A stretch of DNA of 63,932 nt, counting the filler, from Choristocarpus tenellus KU-1152 (Eukaryota > Protista > Phaeophyceae), in NCBI GenBank assembly GCA_964200185.2. It is 12 parts of 12 records of this genome, joined end to end, with 100 filler letters (N's around TTAATTAATTAA, not from the genome) between each part and the next. Parts side by side here need not be neighbours in the genome. Positions count along the whole stretch, not along the records: positions 6,130 to 13,221 come from CAXNAD020006716.1; positions 13,322 to 19,099 come from CAXNAD020009775.1; positions 19,200 to 24,805 come from CAXNAD020010270.1; 9 more parts are not named here. One strand, given 5' to 3'. Positions 12,091 through 24,750 of the stretch are shown piece by piece. Under the pieces are notes generated by a model. The model did not search any database, was not told the origin of the DNA, and was given only the letters and a program-made list of their open reading frames with translations. The number at the start of each line of letters is the position of its first letter. Position 1 is the first letter of the stretch. The position numbers and the translations under genes were made by a program.

Positions 12091-13866
12091 TATTTGGTGA
12101 TCAAATCAAATCAATAAAATCATTAGCTATTATAACAGGTACCTGGAAAACGGTGATGGACTGCAAGAATATAAACATAAGTTAGAAGATGAGGCGGGAC
12201 CAAATGTAACTGCTGTGGTTGAAGAGGTGCAGACAGCACATAGCCAGAGAGGCATGCTGGATCACCCCCATGTAGTGTACCCATAACTATATGGACTGCA
12301 GCAATGAAGTTCATTAATAACATATCATGTTACATTCAAGTGCAGTGGAGTTTGCAGGCTGACTGTGTTTCACCAGCTTCATGTGACATATACATGTAGG
12401 TTACTGCATTGGAAGCAAAGTTGCCTTTGGTACCACATCTTGTACCTACCACATGTCCCTAATTGATGATAATGAAAATTGATGGTAACATTAATAGTAA
12501 CATACATGGTTGTGGGAGGAGCAAAGGCTGAAGAAATATTTACAAACAAAATCGGAGACATAGCATATACCAGAACAAGGAGGAGTTGCATGCACTTGAA
12601 TACCTACACCAGACTTGAAAGGTGCCTAAATCCTAATTGTGAGACAGATAAGTGTCTTGCTGCTCCAAAGCTTTAGCCCTGACTACCTGCCTTGCCCGCA
12701 CATATTGACTACTAATATGCTATATATTGTATATATTGGACTACTAATATGATAGTATCAGGACAGTCGTCACTTCATGGCTCATGGCCTCGGTGCTCAT
12801 ACTTGTATAGTGTGGATGTGTCAGCTATCAGCATGTGACATCCATGGTTTCCACATATATGTGAATGCATTATGAGTAGGCAAGGTCTTTGACACACTAT
12901 TGGCTACCTGCTTCCAACTTCTGGCAAAATTCCAACATTCAACATTTTTCTCATCAAAACACCTTAACACACCTAGTAATAGAGTTGTACACAATGAGTG
13001 CAGTAAGTGTAATTCAAAGTGATTGTGTCATACATCCAATACACCAATACAGGTAACTCCTCTCTAAAAGACCAACAAAATGGTGCCACTCAGCATCAAG
13101 GAGCTCAAGCTTCTTTACCCAGTAGAAAGAAGGGGGGGGGGGGGGGGGGGGGGCCCCCCCCCCCTTTTTTTTTTTTGTTACCACACTCATTTTTTTTTGT
13201 TTTTATATATATAAATATATANNNNNNNNNNNNNNNNNNNNNNNNNNNNNNNNNNNNNNNNNNNNTTAATTAATTAANNNNNNNNNNNNNNNNNNNNNNN
13301 NNNNNNNNNNNNNNNNNNNNNGTGAAAGAGTTCAGTCCGGTGATTGTGATTGCCCCCTTGAGCAAAAAAGAACTTGGCACCTTTGACACTTTCACAGTAA
13401 TAGTAAATACGAATTCTCAAGTAAACACTGTGTCGGACAAGAATTTTACTGGTTATCCAATCCATGTACTGCACGATAGGCCGCAATCATCACCTCACTG
13501 AGCACCCCTCCAAACTCCCACAGACACAGAATAAGCATTACATTACGAAGGTGATGGTTCCTTGCAGCTGTGACCTACCCTAGGAAGCTTTCCAATGGGG
13601 TTTGGTTCAATGAGAAAATCAGGATGCCAATCATGGATACTTGAGGTCGTTCAGCACTCCAGCAAACACACTGTCCCAAGGAAACCAAGGTGCTTGTGCC
13701 TGCCACAGTGGACAGGGAGAGGTATAAAAGAAGCTTATGATCGAGAATTTCATCCCTGCAATCAAGGCCCGCATACCTAGGCTGGAAGGACAAACCATCT
13801 TCGTGCAACAGGATGTGGTAAAGCCAGACACCAAGGCTGGGTTCATAGAGGCAGTTGAGGAGGTGG

Positions 13867-16800
13867 TTGTGGACCCAGCATGCAGAGTTTTCTTAACATA
13901 GCTAAGGCCTTTACACTATTTGCTGTTTGGAGCGTATGTGGTCCTTGACTGGACCTATGCTCACTCCACTAACAAATAACAGAGTTGGAAGCCCCAACGT
14001 GGAGAGGAGTCCTTCATGCTATCATAGATCAGTTCCTGTGGTTGAACTGTCCATAAGTCAATTGAATTCTCGAGACCTGACCATAGGATCGAGCGCGGCA
14101 CTAGAATTGGCTGGTCAACACATGATCGCGGGAGCTTGCTGCAGCTTGGAGTGCATACAACCGGGCAGAAACCAACATAGTTCCTTGATTGACATTGTCC
14201 AATATGTCAATGAACGACGGAGATGGATCTAGTGCAGCCTGAGAGGGCTTGCGTGATATCGATTGGTCTAAGTTGCAGATAACACAGCATAATCAACCTC
14301 CACAGGTTGAGAGAATTGCTGAGGAGGTGAGGGAGTTTCTGACAGCTCAACGCCAATACGAGATGAGCGTCAGGATGCAACACTCAAAAGGAGGTGTACA
14401 AATAGCATTTATGACGCTTTCTGAGTCCTTAATCGTAGCTCAGAGACGAGCACTAGTGCGGAGCAAACTGAAAAAAATTGGGCTGCAGTGACAGAGGACC
14501 AACTCCTTAAGGCGCTAAAAAAGGTGGCAAAAGTCGATGACGAATGCAGAACCTTCGACACTGGGCAAATCCACAAGGATTTGCAAAGGGTGGCCTGGAT
14601 GGGAAATGAAGGGTCCACCGTGGATTGGGTCATGAATGTGACCCAGGACATCGAGGGCTATCTGGAAGATAATCTGAATGGCGCTTTCCGAAACAATCCT
14701 GGACAAGTAGGGGAGACTTGGAAGGCAGGGCCAGGAAAGGTACTCTCGGAGGCCTTTATTGCAGGGCTTAAACCACCTGCGTTTAAGGCTGAAATTTCTA
14801 AGTATGTGTAGATTGGGATCCTGAGTTAGAAAAGGATCCAGACCAGATCTTTGAGCTGGTAAATGAGGAAGCCGAAAATTGGAGAACATATGAGAGGGCC
14901 CGGGAATATGAAACGAAACGAACCAACCAAGGTGAACCTGGTGGCAAACACTAAGAGGGGAAGCCTAAGTTTGGGGAGACGATGAACAAGCCAGGAGATG
15001 GCACACCTGGTAAAAGACTGAGCGTGACGAAGAACAAGTTCCAAGGGACTTGTGATGCATGTCGGAAAGTTTGGTATAAACATGCTCAATGCCGAAGCTT
15101 GCTGGTTGGAGTCCGGAAGGAGCAGCAGCATCAGCAGCAGAGGTATCCACAACATCGTGCTATAGGTACAGACCCTGGGAGGGGATCTGAACCAGGGAAA
15201 AGATTACAACCCGGGGGTGCCAGACAACAACCCTCAAGTGTAGGCGGAGGAACAGGCCATCTAGGTTCAGCCCTAGGTACAACAAGGAGCCAGCTGGGGC
15301 TTGCTCCACAGTCTGCTACCGAGTTAAGGCCAATCACTGGTGGTGGGAGTACGAGTAGCAGGGCAGTGAGGGTCGACGAAATGATTCCTGATGATGTGAA
15401 TCATGGGATGCCTCTGCTGCCACCAAGCCCAGATCCCAACATTAATCCTTATGCAGGCCATACTGGCCTGCAAAAAATCCAGGGTACTCATGAGGATGTG
15501 TCCCTAGCTACGGAATAGGTGGATATAGAAAGGCTGAGCTACCATGGTGCAGCAGCTGTAACTCCAGTGGGGGCCAACATGCATGGGAAGTTGCCTTTCA
15601 GTATGAAGGCCCTGATTGACCCAGGGTCAGGGATCACAGACATATCTGAGAGCCTGGTGAAAAAATGCAGCAGTATTTTGGTGGAGCAGTGCTAACCAAG
15701 CCCCTCCACCAGCCCTTCCTCATATAGATAGCAAATGATTTATCTGAGTCCATAGGGAACGTGACTCGTCCCTTAAATGTGGCACTCCACTCGGGCTACG
15801 GGCCCGTGGTGGTGAGAAATCTTGTCTTGGCAGAGTTATACCAGGCAATGATGATATGTTAATTGTGGGCAGCAAGACATTGCGAGACGTGTTAGGCTTT
15901 GACATGAAGCAATCCTTTGAGGAGGCGCCCCAAAGGAAGACAGAACTGCACATTGCAGGTCTGGAACAAGATATTACTTCTATGCAGCGTATGAGCGTTA
16001 GCGTGGAGGGGATGCAGAAGAGCATGGGGACTGCTCATTTGGACAGAGGCGATGACTCCGTATCTACACTACTGGAGCAAGGTCCTGAGCTCATGATGGA
16101 TCCTGCAGAGGAGGACAAAAAAACGAGGCTTGGCCCTCGAAACCTCCTTACAAGAGACACAACGGACTGGGATGCCCTTGGGGCGCCTACAACAAGGTGA
16201 TAGCAACCCGGACCAATATGTTCAGGGTATTCTTGGGGTGTGACCCGCCTGCCAAGGTGAAACCCATACGGGTGGTGCTGAAGGAAGGGGCGACTCCTGT
16301 GAAGGCCAGACTCAGGGCGTCCCATCCTGAGCGACACAGCTGGATGGCAGAATTTGTGGGTCTACTGGTCGTACTGGGGATGCTGAGGTGGACCCCACAG
16401 GATATATGGAGCAACCCATCATTGCCCTTGCCCAAGCCTGAGGGCAGGGTTATTGGCTGGTGACGGATTTCAGCGTGGTGAACATTGTCTCGCAGGCAGT
16501 GGAGCTTTCACACCCCAGGGATGAGTGTGCTGTGCCGATGTCTCCAGATGCCTATGACAAGCACTGGTGATGTTTTGTTACACAGATCCCTCAGGTGGAG
16601 CTGAATGGAGGCGTGGCAGTGGAAAATATGAACCATGAGCGACTGTGATTCCTGAGTAGTTCTTTCCAGGGATCACAGCTACACTGGGACAAGGTGAATA
16701 AGGTGGAGGTGTGAGCTGTGGTCGTGTCTACGGAGGTGCAGGGAGAGGACACCCTGCCACTGAGAGAGGTGGTGCATGAGGCACAACTAGTGGCCAGCAA

Positions 16801-17599
16801 GGCCCTAGGGGGTGTGACGGCGCATGAAAGCGGAGGATTTATGAGGTCTGCTGACTGTGTACATCATGACCAGGATGGTATGATACAGGTGGGTGCTGCG
16901 GTTACAGCCCCACTGTGGATACCTGATAAGGCAAGGGATCTGCGGACAGGCTCAAAGTGTCTGGAGGGGGGGTATGCACACATTGGTGAAGCTGGGCATC
17001 ATTGTAGTGCAGCAATAGTGCCGCGGTTAAAGAGGTTGTGGTTCCATGCAGACAAGGAGCTGAATGCGACCACAGAGATGAAGCCAACATTCCAGTACAT
17101 TCAGAACCAGGGGGGAATTCAAATATTTGATATTGTTTTAGTGTGCAGGTTAGAAGGGCATGAATATCAGGTTTTGGTGGATTGGTTGGCATTTAGTGAG
17201 GATGAGAGGACATGGGAGACACTCTCTTCCATTTTAGAGAATGTCCTTGTCTTTCTATGTAAACAGTTGAAGAAGCTAAAGTAGCATGCTCAAGTACGCA
17301 ATGTAGTTAGGTGGCAGTACAAGATGGACATTTGAGTTGGATATTTTATGCTGTTCTTTGTCGAGCTGGCAATTTTGCTACTATTAGTCGCATGCTTTGC
17401 TCTGGGGGTATTGTGAACCAGCATGGAGAGTTTTCCTGAAATAACTGTGGTGTTTGCATTATTTGATGTCTGGAGCATATGTGGTCCTTGATAGGACTTA
17501 TGCTCACTCCGTAAACAAAGAACAGAGCTGTAAGCCCCAGCGTGGGGTGGAATCCTTACAAGCTATCATAGATCAGTTCTTGTGGTTGAACTGTCTATA
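13867..17599 (+). mobile_element. Internally deleted Ty3/Gypsy (chromovirus-like) LTR retrotransposon; LTRs 13867-14055 and 17411-17599 (189 bp each), TSD GGTGG
   Basis: Two diverged 189-bp direct repeats, with GGTGG on both flanks (13862-13866, 17600-17604) and a G-rich PPT-like run before the 3' LTR. Internal remnants: gag-like ORFs (14249-14811), a Zn-knuckle-like CDACRKVWYKHAQC, protease ALIDPGSGITDISE (about 15608-15650), RT N-terminus (PIRVVLKEGATPV...WSNP.LPLPKP), integrase Zn-binding LWIP...AHIGEAGH, and a C-terminal chromodomain. Confidence 0.88.
17110..17284 (+). pseudogene. Chromodomain at the end of the Gypsy pol remnant
   Basis: FDIVLVCRLEGHEYQVLVDWLAFSEDERTWETLSSILENV matches the chromodomain pattern Y.V.W.Gf...e.TWE....l. 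Confidence 0.8.
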
Positions 17600-19739
17600 G
17601 GTGGAAGGGGACGACATTGTCATGGAGTCCCAGCCAGCCAACTCACCTAACCCCAACAGCAATAACCTGGGATTCTTTCATTCCATCCAGCAACTGAAGG
17701 AAGATATGGGATGATCAATAAGGAGGAGCTGGTGGAGACCAGAACGGATGTGTGTGATGTATACCCCCCAGAGACACTAAAGTGCGTCTGGTAGAGCCTC
17801 TTCACAGTCTATGGTGAAGTACTAGAGTCCAAGGGTGTAGCGTCTTTAAAATTCCCGATCTTAGCCAAGAAAAGGCTGAGAAGGCAGGCAAGCTCCCCCC
17901 GAATGCCCTGATGGATGCGGCGAAATACCATGCTCGAATGGAGTTTTGTAGGACTTCGCGAATGGAACCATAGTCAGGTTTAGGCTACCCTATTTTGCTT
18001 GAGATTTGGTGGGCATCATTTTAGTGCCTGCACAATACACCCATAAAAATATGAACATGTGAAGAAAGATCTTGCATCTTCATCAGGGCTGCAAAAGTTA
18101 TATAAAATTTAATTCCGAACGGAGAAAGTACATACGTACATACATACATGTGTCAATACCTAATGCTTAGCACCATCGAGGTACAATACGATGGAAGCAC
18201 AATACAATCTACTAAGATCCAAATCTGTGACGAAAAATCTTGTTGATGGTTGGAGTTAGGATTACCTCATGTGAAAGGGTGGTGTGGGAAGGGATGGATG
18301 TAGATATACTTGAAGTGCTTGGTTGGCAGCATGGTAGGGCTACGACAGAGACCAGCAACTACATAATAATTACAACATGTATATATTCCGTACTATACCA
18401 TCAACGGCATTCCTCATACTCTCATGCCAACTCACAAATCCCCCTATATATTGCCATCACCAATCTCCAATTTTTGGGAAACTCGGTGGTCTAACCTCTT
18501 CTGTGTACTAATCCAGTGCTTTCTGGAACCCTCTTCACTACTCCGGAGTAGTTGTCGTTAATTGAAGTAATTCAGGAGTGTTTCATTGTAGTTGAGCAGA
18601 AACAATATATATATATATATATTAACATAAGTGAATCAACGGACGTGAGAAAACACTGCATGCCGTGAGGAAGTCAACGAAGAATCGCACAGCACCCATT
18701 TACACAATAAAATCATTTGCCGAAAAAAATACATTAGTCTTGATCGTTTTATCTGTTAATATCCCCCCAAACTTTGTTCTTGAACTAACTGACAAGATTG
18801 AATTGTAGCAGTTCACAACGCTAGTGACGGCATCGACCCTGGGTTGTAGAGGTGTGCCACATCATGCTACAGTGAATGAGGAGTGAAAGTATCTTAGAGG
18901 GTACGAGTTTTGCCCTGTTTGTCCATTTGGGGCTTGACTTTCCATGGGCTTTTTAACACATTTTCCTTCTCCAAAATGTTTCGGAGTGGGTAAAATGTTT
19001 ATGTTATTAAAAGGTGTGTCCAGAACATCGACATTGACACTTCTTAACACACACAATAGCCAAAATCACATCAAAATTGCAACATTGGACTTTGGCCAGN
19101 NNNNNNNNNNNNNNNNNNNNNNNNNNNNNNNNNNNNNNNNNNNTTAATTAATTAANNNNNNNNNNNNNNNNNNNNNNNNNNNNNNNNNNNNNNNNNNNNA
19201 AAATAGGCCCCAAACGGACAGCCACCTCCACCCCCCCCCCCAGAAACTTTGAGCCAGGAGTGAGATGGGGAGGGAGCACCACCCACTCTGATTTATTGTT
19301 AGGGAAGACATCATTTTGGTAAGTGTATTTTCAAGACGGTTCTTTTAGATGGTGTTAAAAGGTGAAGAGGGAGAACAAGTGCTTGCAATCCATTCTGTAG
19401 TTGGAATTTCTAGCATGCATTTTTGAGGGAGTTTGTAAAAACACAAAATCTTTTTGCAATTCTGTTGACTCGTTGAGGATCATCATGTGTGCAGGCATCA
19501 ACAAAAAGGTGTACGAATGTGAATCATATCAAGTCTGTGTTGGTGTGGTTGACTCAGGCAAGGGCAGTGAAGAGATTCGCTGGGCAAGACGGACTAGGTG
19601 ATCCAAGATGACAAGGTTAGGTTGGATGAGTGCAAGACTGCAGATGAAGTTGGGAGGATCACAGTTCGGATGGGGATAACCTCAGGGATGGGAGATCTGA
19701 CTTAAGAAAATGTGCACATGAAGAGATGTCATGGGGACT

Positions 19740-19845
19740 ATTAGAGCGGAGTTCCCCAACGAACACGATGGGGAACTCCGCTCTAATTTTTTTGTTCACT
19801 TCTTTGCACGCATTTTTGAAAATCTAACCCTAACCCTAACCCTAA
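19740..19845. repeat. Perfect 19-bp inverted repeat (10-nt loop, 19740-19787) followed by (CCCTAA)n
   Basis: ATTAGAGCGGAGTTCCCCA ... TGGGGAACTCCGCTCTAAT, then CTAACCCTAACCCTAACCCTAA at about 19823-19844. Confidence 0.85.
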
Positions 19846-21380
19846 ATTTTGTGTGATAAAATATTCCCAAGCAGTCAAGAAAACACAGGAGACAGGAGAA
19901 GTGGTGAAGGAGTATTGGGTGCACTGGGGAACCACAACCTCTCAAGGATCCCCACCACTTCTAACTTTTTCACTCTTTTTTGATAATCTAATTACAACCC
20001 TAAGCCTAACCTGTGTGCAAAAAATTATGCAAAGATACGGAAAAAGTATGACAGTGGGGGTTCCCCAAGAACAGTGGGGGCTCCCGAAGACAGGGGATCT
20101 CCCCTCAGTCGACTACAAACCCATGAGGCAGCCAATGACCAAGCAAGATGCAGTCATCGAGTGAAAGGTGCACTGTTGAGTACATCACTTTATGGGCGAA
20201 GAGATTACTAATTGGCTAGTGCAGACTACATCAGTATGGTGGAACAGGAGGCAGGGCAGGCCAAGGCAGATCACGGAAGAATTTTATTGTTTGACCGAAA
20301 CGGACGCCCCCTCACAAACCACCCCCCCCCCCCAGATACTTTGACCCTTTGTTTTTAACCAAAAATAAAACCCTTAACAATCACCAGTGATAGGAGGTAC
20401 TGAGAACACAGAGAAAAGTTAAATATCCCCCAAAAAGAAGAAAAAGTAAAATCTCTGCACCAAGCATCTGTTTCCTACAATTGGATTACCTCCACTAAAA
20501 ACAAAAAGATGAACCTCCCTGAACATTTAAGTATCAATTTATTTCGGCAAAACGAAGATTTGCAGCTATAGAGTATCCATCACTGCTGACTCTGCTGTAC
20601 ATAACCAAGTTATACGTATAACACACTAGCCTGAAGCAACTTTAGGTTGTAAATGCTCTGTGTCAAGTGCAAGACCAGTCTTCACACCAAAATGCAACGC
20701 ATGGCAGACGTTACTCACATGCATTTCCACAGTCTCTTGATTTTGCTCTCCCCTCCCAATTCACTCACCAAATCTGAAGAGGATCACAGCAAGATGCAGA
20801 ACATCCAAAACGAAAAAAGGAAAGGCGCCCGCCCAGTGCAACACTCACAACCTCCATTTGCCTAGGAAACTATTTCAAGACACCAGCAAAATCAAATTGT
20901 AAAAAACAACATAAAACCCTCCCTATTATGTGCCAAGCAGTCAATCTCTATTGTTGTAATGGACTGACCTGACCCTCTACTACCTACAAAATCTCAATGA
21001 TTGCCTGCACTCAAAGAATACATTGCAACAAAAATTCTCACTGGCACTCATTTCAGAGCAATGCACCTGTTCAAGAAAAGACAACGTGCCCATACCATAC
21101 AAATTTCTCCTATGAGGAGTTTGAGACTACACTACATGCTTGGTAGAGGTGTTGTGGCCTCCACCTGCTTCTCCCAGTCGCCTCTGTTTCTCGCACATTT
21201 CCTAATGAGTTAGTGACATGGACCTAGTGTGTCCAAAATGATGAAATTACAAGCCATTGTTAGAATGCTCACACAATCTAAGAGGTCGACTATATTTCTT
21301 CCTGTGAGACTCCTGTCTTGATGGGTAATGAGTGTGAAGACAGCACCCCCGCCGGCTAGAAAAACTCTGCATGGCCTGCC

Positions 21381-23449
21381 CTAGCGGCTTGACCAAAGGC
21401 TGCCAGACTCAATCGACATCAACATCTTCTCATCTGCAAGGAATGAGGAAACCTCCACAGGGATTACAGAGTCAGTGCGAAGCAGGTCGTCATGACTAAC
21501 AGTTTGGCCAACACCTGGCTCATGCTGTCGATTGACACTGAGGTCCTGGATCCTTTCCATCCCCGACTCAGATGATGACATATGCACCAATGATATTCCC
21601 CATCTCGCCTCAGGGGGTGAGTTTGTTTTGCTGCTGCACTCCCACGCATGTCCTTTTCCCACTCCCACGTCATTGATTCGGATACTGTAGCTACCATTGT
21701 GCACTTGGTGCTGCAACCCACTGCATCTCATATCATGCATGGGATTGCTGTCGATATCAATGGCCATACCTTTGGGTAGATCGCCTGGGGTGTTGGAGCG
21801 AATACTATTGTCAAGACCAAGCACGTGACCCTCTGAATGCCACGTCTGTTTAGGTGCCGCAGTATGATGCATCAGGGACTTCATCGGCATCTGGAGAGTC
21901 AACACTCCAGGCAAGGAATAACCAATAACGACATGGGAGTTCAATTCCTCTTGAGCTGAACTGTTCCTTTGAGATGCACTGTTTGGGATGGGTTGGGCAT
22001 GCATAGACGCGACCCGGTTGTTGGAGGTGCGTGATTTCAAGCTAGTCCGGCGCTGTAAGTTGAGGATCGTTTCTGGCCCTTTTCCCTGCAGAATGGGAGG
22101 ACATGTGGTGTGGTGTTCAGAGCAAACAGCATGAGATCACATTGATGTTGACTCTTTGTCTTGTGCTGACAGAATATTGGGTGACGTAAAAATGTTGATC
22201 TAAAAGTGGGATAATCGAAATGATCATTGTATTAATAACTGGGGAGTTGCAACGATTATGGTTCGAATGCTGTGCACAGTACCTGCAGCATGCAGTTGAA
22301 GAAGATGCAGGGCTGGTTCCACGTACGGCGTACAGTCCAGGATAACAGAGAGGGGAAGGATGTGTTTGAGAAAACGGATGGGAGGGGACAGAAAAGAGAT
22401 AGCAGCTTCAGAAATTGTAGGGTGAAGGCAGTAAGACTTTAAGAAGGAAAATATTAATGAGATGTCAGACTACACAACAGTGAGGAAAAAGAGCTCCTCT
22501 CACAAAGAGGTCCCTCACGATTGACGAGATCCCGAAAGCAGTCTCAACTCCTTAGCAAAGGGGGTGTATTTTGTATGAGAAGAAGCTCATACTGTAGAGT
22601 GGGTGTTGCAATTGAGCAGGGTAGGTTGAGGAGCTTGTTCTCTCTAACTCTTGGTCCTTGCAAAGAGCTGACACAGGACGAAAACTTGACCTACGTCACC
22701 ATAGCCCACAATTTTGTTGGTTTGATTGATATGTCTAGGATTCGTAAGGGAAGGTGCCTATCCACTGCTCGGGTAAAGCCCACTCACCTTTTGCCAACCC
22801 TTTCCCACAATCTTGCGGAAGCCGAACAAACACAGCTGCCTTTGAAAAGACATGACATTAGAGTGTTTGAAGTACCGTGGCAGGAGGTCCGAGCAAACAC
22901 ACACGGGGTCATGCACAACAATATTTCCTGTTGAAGAACACAGGTAATAGCAAGGGAAAAGACAGGGTGTATGCCACGTGTAAGTCGAGAAGTGGACGGG
23001 GGTCGGGCGTGTGTAAATGACCGTTCTCAAGGAGAGATTATGGACACTGTTCACCGTGCCACTGGCGAGTACTCATGTTGCCTCTCACCATCATGGTATC
23101 GGACGGCACACTGTTCTTCCGCGGTAATGAGTAACAGGAGATTCACGAGGAATGCCGGGACTCCTCTCACTCCCGATTGCGGCTCGAGGCCTGTCCGACG
23201 ACGCCGCAACTTTGACCCATCATGCAAATCTTGACGTTTTCTTAGTATTGACCCTGTTTTTAATGTTTTAGATAACAACGAAGAGTTGCGTTCGTCGTGT
23301 TGTTGATTGGACACTGAAGTTTGACCCCCTGTCAACGTCATGGTGGATGAAGTACTCCAGTCTTCCTTGTTCTTGTAGAAGAAATCAACCTTCGTTGTTC
23401 GAAGGATTTTTGTCATTCTGAAGGAGGATTCTGTCCCCGTACTCGTCAT
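21381..23449 (-). CDS. HSF: Heat-shock-factor-type (HSF DNA-binding domain) transcription factor; exons (23449 or 23341)-23089, 22927-22788, 22312-22283, 22085-21381
   Basis: Phase-consistent splicing (1,0,0) gives GVPAFLVNLLLLITAEEQCAVRYHDG-NIVVHDPVCVCSDLLPRYFKHSNVMSFQRQLCLFGFRKIVGKGWQK-PCIFFNCMLQ-GKGPETILNLQRR. This matches the HSF DBD pattern (P.FL..L...; LP.YFKH.N..SF.RQL..YGF.K; F....F..G....L..I.RR). The start codon is uncertain. Confidence 0.88.
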
Positions 23450-24299
23450 GAAGATCAACTCAATGTGAACGTGTGTCAAAGCGTCATTTCATCAAGTCTT
23501 CGAAGTGATCAAGATATAGAGTAAAATTTACAACCTACAACTAATCAGGTAAAAAAACAAAGGAGACCAATACCATGCATTCCTGTCGATTGGTCAATAC
23601 TACAATGAATAGTCAATGTGAAGACCAATTCTACTATATATAACTTTCTACAACTATTATGATATCCACACTTTCTACATATCTGTGGAGAGAGGTATGT
23701 TATAATTCGTGAGGTTCCCGCCCATGGTCTATTGGAAATGGGATGAAGAAAAAGTGATCGTTCCTATGGTCTTTTGTTTGACCATTCAATTATTGTCTTA
23801 AGAACTCTTCATTCGACATTCTGTATTTCTGTTACTACTTACGTTGAGTTGAATGTGACTGTGGTATGATAACAGGTGATTAGATAGACTAGTGTTTTAA
23901 ACCAAGCCAAAAAAGGTAGATTATTTGAACCTGTAGTCAGATTTTCTCTTCTTTTCTATCTTCCTTGTGAAATGATATTCAATTCCTCAATGTTTATAAT
24001 CTAATATTGACTCGAGACGTAGATGTTGAGGATGAAAAGAAAGGGTAAGGTTGGTGTATTTTTTCCGACTTCATTTAAGCTATCAACCTCTCTTGTACAC
24101 ATATCTAGTCGCCTTCATTGTTGGAAAGCAAAGGTGAAGGAGAAAGGAGAGTTGACTTCTCTCGACACCATGTGTGAAGCTGACCAAGATCAAGGTGGTG
24201 TCTCTAGGTAAGTGGGAAGGGGATAGAGTTCTTTTCTGCTCAATTTTCTTCCGTGAAGGTGGCTGAAGTTTACTCTAACTTCATCCCAAAAAATTGACT

Positions 24300-24750
24300 T
24301 CCTCCCTCCAGAACTGCACTCTTGGGCCGGTAATAGATTGGAGGGTGCTTGGGGAAAGGTTTTATCCTATGTGATCGCTAGAAATTGTTTGCGGTATATA
24401 TTCGTATGAGCTCAAGTGGTGCTACTTGCAGGGTCTCTTGCTGTCTCACAACTACTCTCCTTTTCTGTCCAGGGCAGATCTAATCATGCCGTCCACATAT
24501 AGGCAATGTCCTTTAAACTACCCTCGCACCAAGGGTCGTCCATAGTGGGTGGAAGCTCTAAATTCCCTTGGTTGGGAGAGTACGATTCCTGGCTGTGGTG
24601 TGCGTGTGGGGGCCAGACGTGTGCGACCAGAAGCACTCTATCCAGGTGAAATAAGCCAGAGTTATAGATGGACTGGTTGGTACCTGAGGTGTATAACCGT
24701 ACAAAATAAGTTCTTGTATCAATTTCATTTGTTGTACTCGGTCAAATGGC
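24300..24750 (-). mobile_element. Heavily decayed LINE reverse-transcriptase fragment
   Basis: FDRVQQMKLIQELILYG resembles LINE RT (KAFDRV.h..L...L...G). A downstream LYVDGM resembles a decayed YxDD. Multiple stops and frameshifts. Confidence 0.4.

Larger units (their letters stand above)
13500..18130 (+). mobile_element. Degenerate Tc1/mariner (plant/oomycete mariner-like) DNA transposon, interrupted by an LTR element; transposase pieces about 13525-13866 and 17605-17880; candidate right TIR ending ACGGAGAAAG+TA at 18128-18130
   Basis: Motifs QNKHYITKVM.LAAVTYPR, WFNEKI, IPAIKARIP, IFVQQD(VVKPDT) and, after removing the insert, QPANSPNPNSNNLGFFHSIQ. These match the mariner-like KVMFLAAVARPR / QQDNAxPH / QPPNSPDxNxLDLGFF motifs. 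The terminus resembles the Stowaway-type ACGGAGGGAG-TA. Frameshifts and stops are present. Confidence 0.8.
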
